The translations under genes and the position numbers were made by a program. Below are positions 61,073 through 64,000 of a stretch of 64,000 nt of DNA, piece after piece. The notes under the pieces are model-generated. The model was not told the DNA's origin and did not search any database. It saw only the letters and a program-made list of their open reading frames with translations. How positions within the stretch are numbered: position 1 is the stretch's first letter; every line of letters starts with the position of its first letter. This DNA is from the human T2T-CHM13v2.0 reference genome, Homo sapiens, in assembly GCF_009914755.1 (NCBI RefSeq), contig NC_060932.1, one strand, 5' to 3'.

Positions 61073-61899
61073 AGGCAGAGATGTTTGTGTGTGTGTTTGT
61101 GTGTGTGTTGTGTGTTTGTATCTCTAAGTGCATGAAGAATTGGCATACATCCCAGAACACAACAGACTGAAACTCCTGATTAAAGATAACAGGTAAATGG
61201 AATGAACATCCAATAAAAACCTGTTTGTGTTTTTAAACAAAATTAAAAGACTAAAATAAGAATAGAATATAGGAATAGGAAGAAAGCCTTACATGACAAT
61301 AATCAATTTGGGTACCATTTTGTTACCTCCTGGCCTTCTGCAACTTAAAGGGAAAAAAAAATTACCACCATCAGGCAAATGCCTTATCATGATAGGACAA
61401 AATTCTTCCCATTGTGTGGCTCTGTTGGCATTTTTAAATGTGTCATATGTGGCTGGGTTGTGGGGTACAAGATGTAGACTTGCTTAGGAGACAAAGACCA
61501 GCATAAACTTTTGAGGATCCATCCTACATGGAGAATGTAGTGAATATGCTATTGCTCTAAGTGGAGACAGAGTCTTGCATGGCAGGAAGCTTCCTAAGGT
61601 GACCACTTGAGTCATGAGGCTTAGAAGTCTTTGCAGAAGAGGGAAATGAGCCTTCACATTAGGAAAATATGCTTTACTATTACATAAGTTCTGGGATCAA
61701 CTGATACAAAAGTTGGGAGAAATCAAAATTTTAAGTTTTTCCTATGTGTGTACCTATGATACAATCAAGTTTTTATTCAATTTATAACTCCTGAATTCAT
61801 TCATCAGGAGTCCTTTAGGAAGCTAAACAGAACTGGCAGGTCTGTCATTTGGATTTGTCATGATTGTGAGTATTTCGTTCCCTGCAATTAAAAACGTCT

Positions 61900-62125
61900 G
61901 TGGGACAACAGGATTTCAAGTCAGGAGATTGTTGGGTCCTTGCTTCTGCTACTTAGCTAATCTGTGACTTTGGAAATCACTCTCTGAATGTCATTTTGTT
62001 TACATCTATTAAATGTAAGCTCTCTCTGATAGCATTATGATGAGGAAAAAATGAAAGCATGTGTCTGAAGTATCTGGTACAGAGGCCAGCACATACTGGT
62101 TGCCCAATAAATACGAGTTTCTTTC
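61900..62125 (+). mobile_element. MIR
   Basis: aagtcaggag...ctgctacttagcta..tgtgactttgg...gcccaataaatacgagtt. Confidence 0.65.
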
Positions 62126-62755
62126 CCTTTTACTACTCTAACAATTTCTCGTTTGTATTTTCTGCTCCTGAGCTCTGTGTCTTGAAAAGTTCTGTTGGCA
62201 TACACGTTGGACTTGATTGCTTACATTAAAATTATCTATTCTTGTCTCTATTTTGTATTAATGAATACAATTAATCTGATTACAAGTATAAAACTATCAG
62301 TCAGGTTTCTAAAAAGTTATTAAAACATATATGTATTACCTGCTTCCCACATTCCAGTGCCAGGCTCTGTAGAAACAATAATGAATAATACAGCTATTGC
62401 CCTAAAGAGGCTTCACCAATCCTGTCTGTGGTTCAGCATCACCAGGCAATACCAATTTGTCATCATCATGCTGAATGGGGAGAGGTTTAGAATAATCACA
62501 GGAGAACGTAAGACCAGCTCCTGGCCCCGTCTTGATGGGTCATGAAAGAACACCGGGTACTATCCTGAGTTGAAATAATTCTAGCTCATAGTTAATCTAT
62601 AAAGCCTTATCCAGAGAAATTGGAGATTATCTTTAAGCATTTTGAAATATTAAGCATAGCCTGCTGGCCCCAAATGACATTTTTTTTAATATTTACAAAT
62701 TATTAATAAAACTAAAAATTTCCATCCCTTCCCTGGAACCCCAAGCAACCACCGA

Positions 62756-62765
62756 TTATTTATTT

Positions 62766-62813
<48 letters not shown>

Positions 62814-62921
62814 TTCATTATAGAGATGGAGTCTCACTATGCTGCCCAGGCCGGTCTTGAAGTCCTGGCCCCAAGTGATCCCTCCGCCTCAGCCTCCCAA
62901 AATGCTGAGGCCACAGGCACG
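62756..62921 (-). mobile_element. FLAM_C-like Alu left monomer with (TTTA)n tail
   Basis: (TTTA)n followed by tagagatggagtctcactatgctgcccagg..cctcccaaaatgctg; no right arm. Confidence 0.85.
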
Positions 62922-62959
62922 GATGCAGAGTTTGCAGATGGGCAGCTACCATTTTCGAG

Positions 62960-63175
62960 TATGCAGTAACTGAGTTTTGTGAGAAGAGCAAAGTGGAAAG
63001 GGAGAATGACTTAATTAGGTCTGTCCTTTAGAAACAGGTCTGCAAAGGCAGTGTTGCAAACTAATCCAAGTGAAAAATCATGGGAGACTTAAATGAAAGC
63101 ATTCCTGGGAATGAAGAAGGCAGATTTAGTAGGATTACTAATGACAGGTTGGATGGAAGATACAAAAGAGAAGAA
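62960..63175 (-). mobile_element. L2 fragment, probably continuing a piece at ~62320-62440
   Basis: aaggcagtgttgcaaactaatccaagtgaaaaatcatgggagacttaaat. Confidence 0.5.
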
Positions 63176-64000
63176 ATCTATATTGCTGTGATCCATTAAG
63201 TCTCATTGTCTACTTTTAACACTTAATGGGGTGGCAGTGTTGTTATTCTAGGCTATCCTTTATGAGGTTGGGGTTCTTCCCTGACAGTTGCTGAGGCTGT
63301 GGGAACAAACGAGTTCATATAGGGAGTGAGTGAGGAGGAAGACTTCAGACGCTCAGGGATTCTACACCATGGAGGAGGCTACGAAGGAGATCCATTTTCT
63401 TCTAAATCATTCTGATAGGCTTCTGGATGGCTTTCGGTCTCTGGCCAGCTGCTGATGGAAAGCTCTCCTCTCTGATGAAGATTAATCATCAAACCCAGGA
63501 GATAATTTTATTCTGCTCTTCTGAGTCATGTTAGATTCCAGAACAATTAACTTTATTTTCCCCAAATCTTGTATCTCTTGGGAATCTTCCAGTAACTTTG
63601 GTTTCCAGTCTACGGAGCTACTTTTGGCAGCTTGTTGTCAAAGAAGTGATAATTCTTAAAGCTTAGAGTGCTAAACTGCAACTCAGTTGAGAATTGAAAC
63701 CTTTCCAGTAAGGGGCTCAGCCCCAGACACCTGGGACTCCTCTTTCTCCTTTCACCCTCAGGTACAGGAGTGTTACATAAAATGGCACTAATCCACTTTT
63801 ACAGTTTTTGTGTTATTAAGCAATACATTAAGATTTAATAACCATAACAAAAGGGTTGTTTTCTCACCAAGCAGTTATTATTTGTTGTACTTCTATTTCT
63901 ACTCATTTACCTTAGGTTTGCTTTAGCGATTTCAATTTAGTAGGTGTCTAATGATATGCCTGTCAATGAAACTTTAGAGATGACTTTCAGTCCTTGGAAT

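Overview
AT-rich, repeat-dense primate DNA, almost certainly human: it carries a near-consensus AluYa5 and an AluYb8. It reads as intronic or intergenic, and I recognise no host protein-coding gene, RNA gene or CRISPR array. The recognisable ORFs in the track derive from Alu, L1, CR1 or simple repeats; the rest are short chance ORFs. Main content: about 15 Alu copies or monomers (J, S, Y, Ya5, Yb8), a ~6 kb decayed L1PB (+), a ~3 kb 5'-truncated L1PA3-like copy (-), several short L1 3' ends with target-site duplications (TSDs), an old L1M nested in L2, MER4 and MLT1 LTRs, MER33/MER63/MER5/MADE1 DNA-transposon relics, many MIR and L2 fragments, and a ~1.3 kb CR1/L3 fossil with readable RT motifs. 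Most notable: a 60-bp identical tract between two arms of nested AluJ elements (probable gene conversion), a short L1 with homopolymers at both ends, an internally expanded MADE1 hairpin, and a hypothetical TATA promoter plus spliced exons on the + strand. I found no evidence of a new multi-gene system. Subfamily calls come from remembered consensus diagnostics, not a RepeatMasker run, and boundaries of old repeats are approximate.
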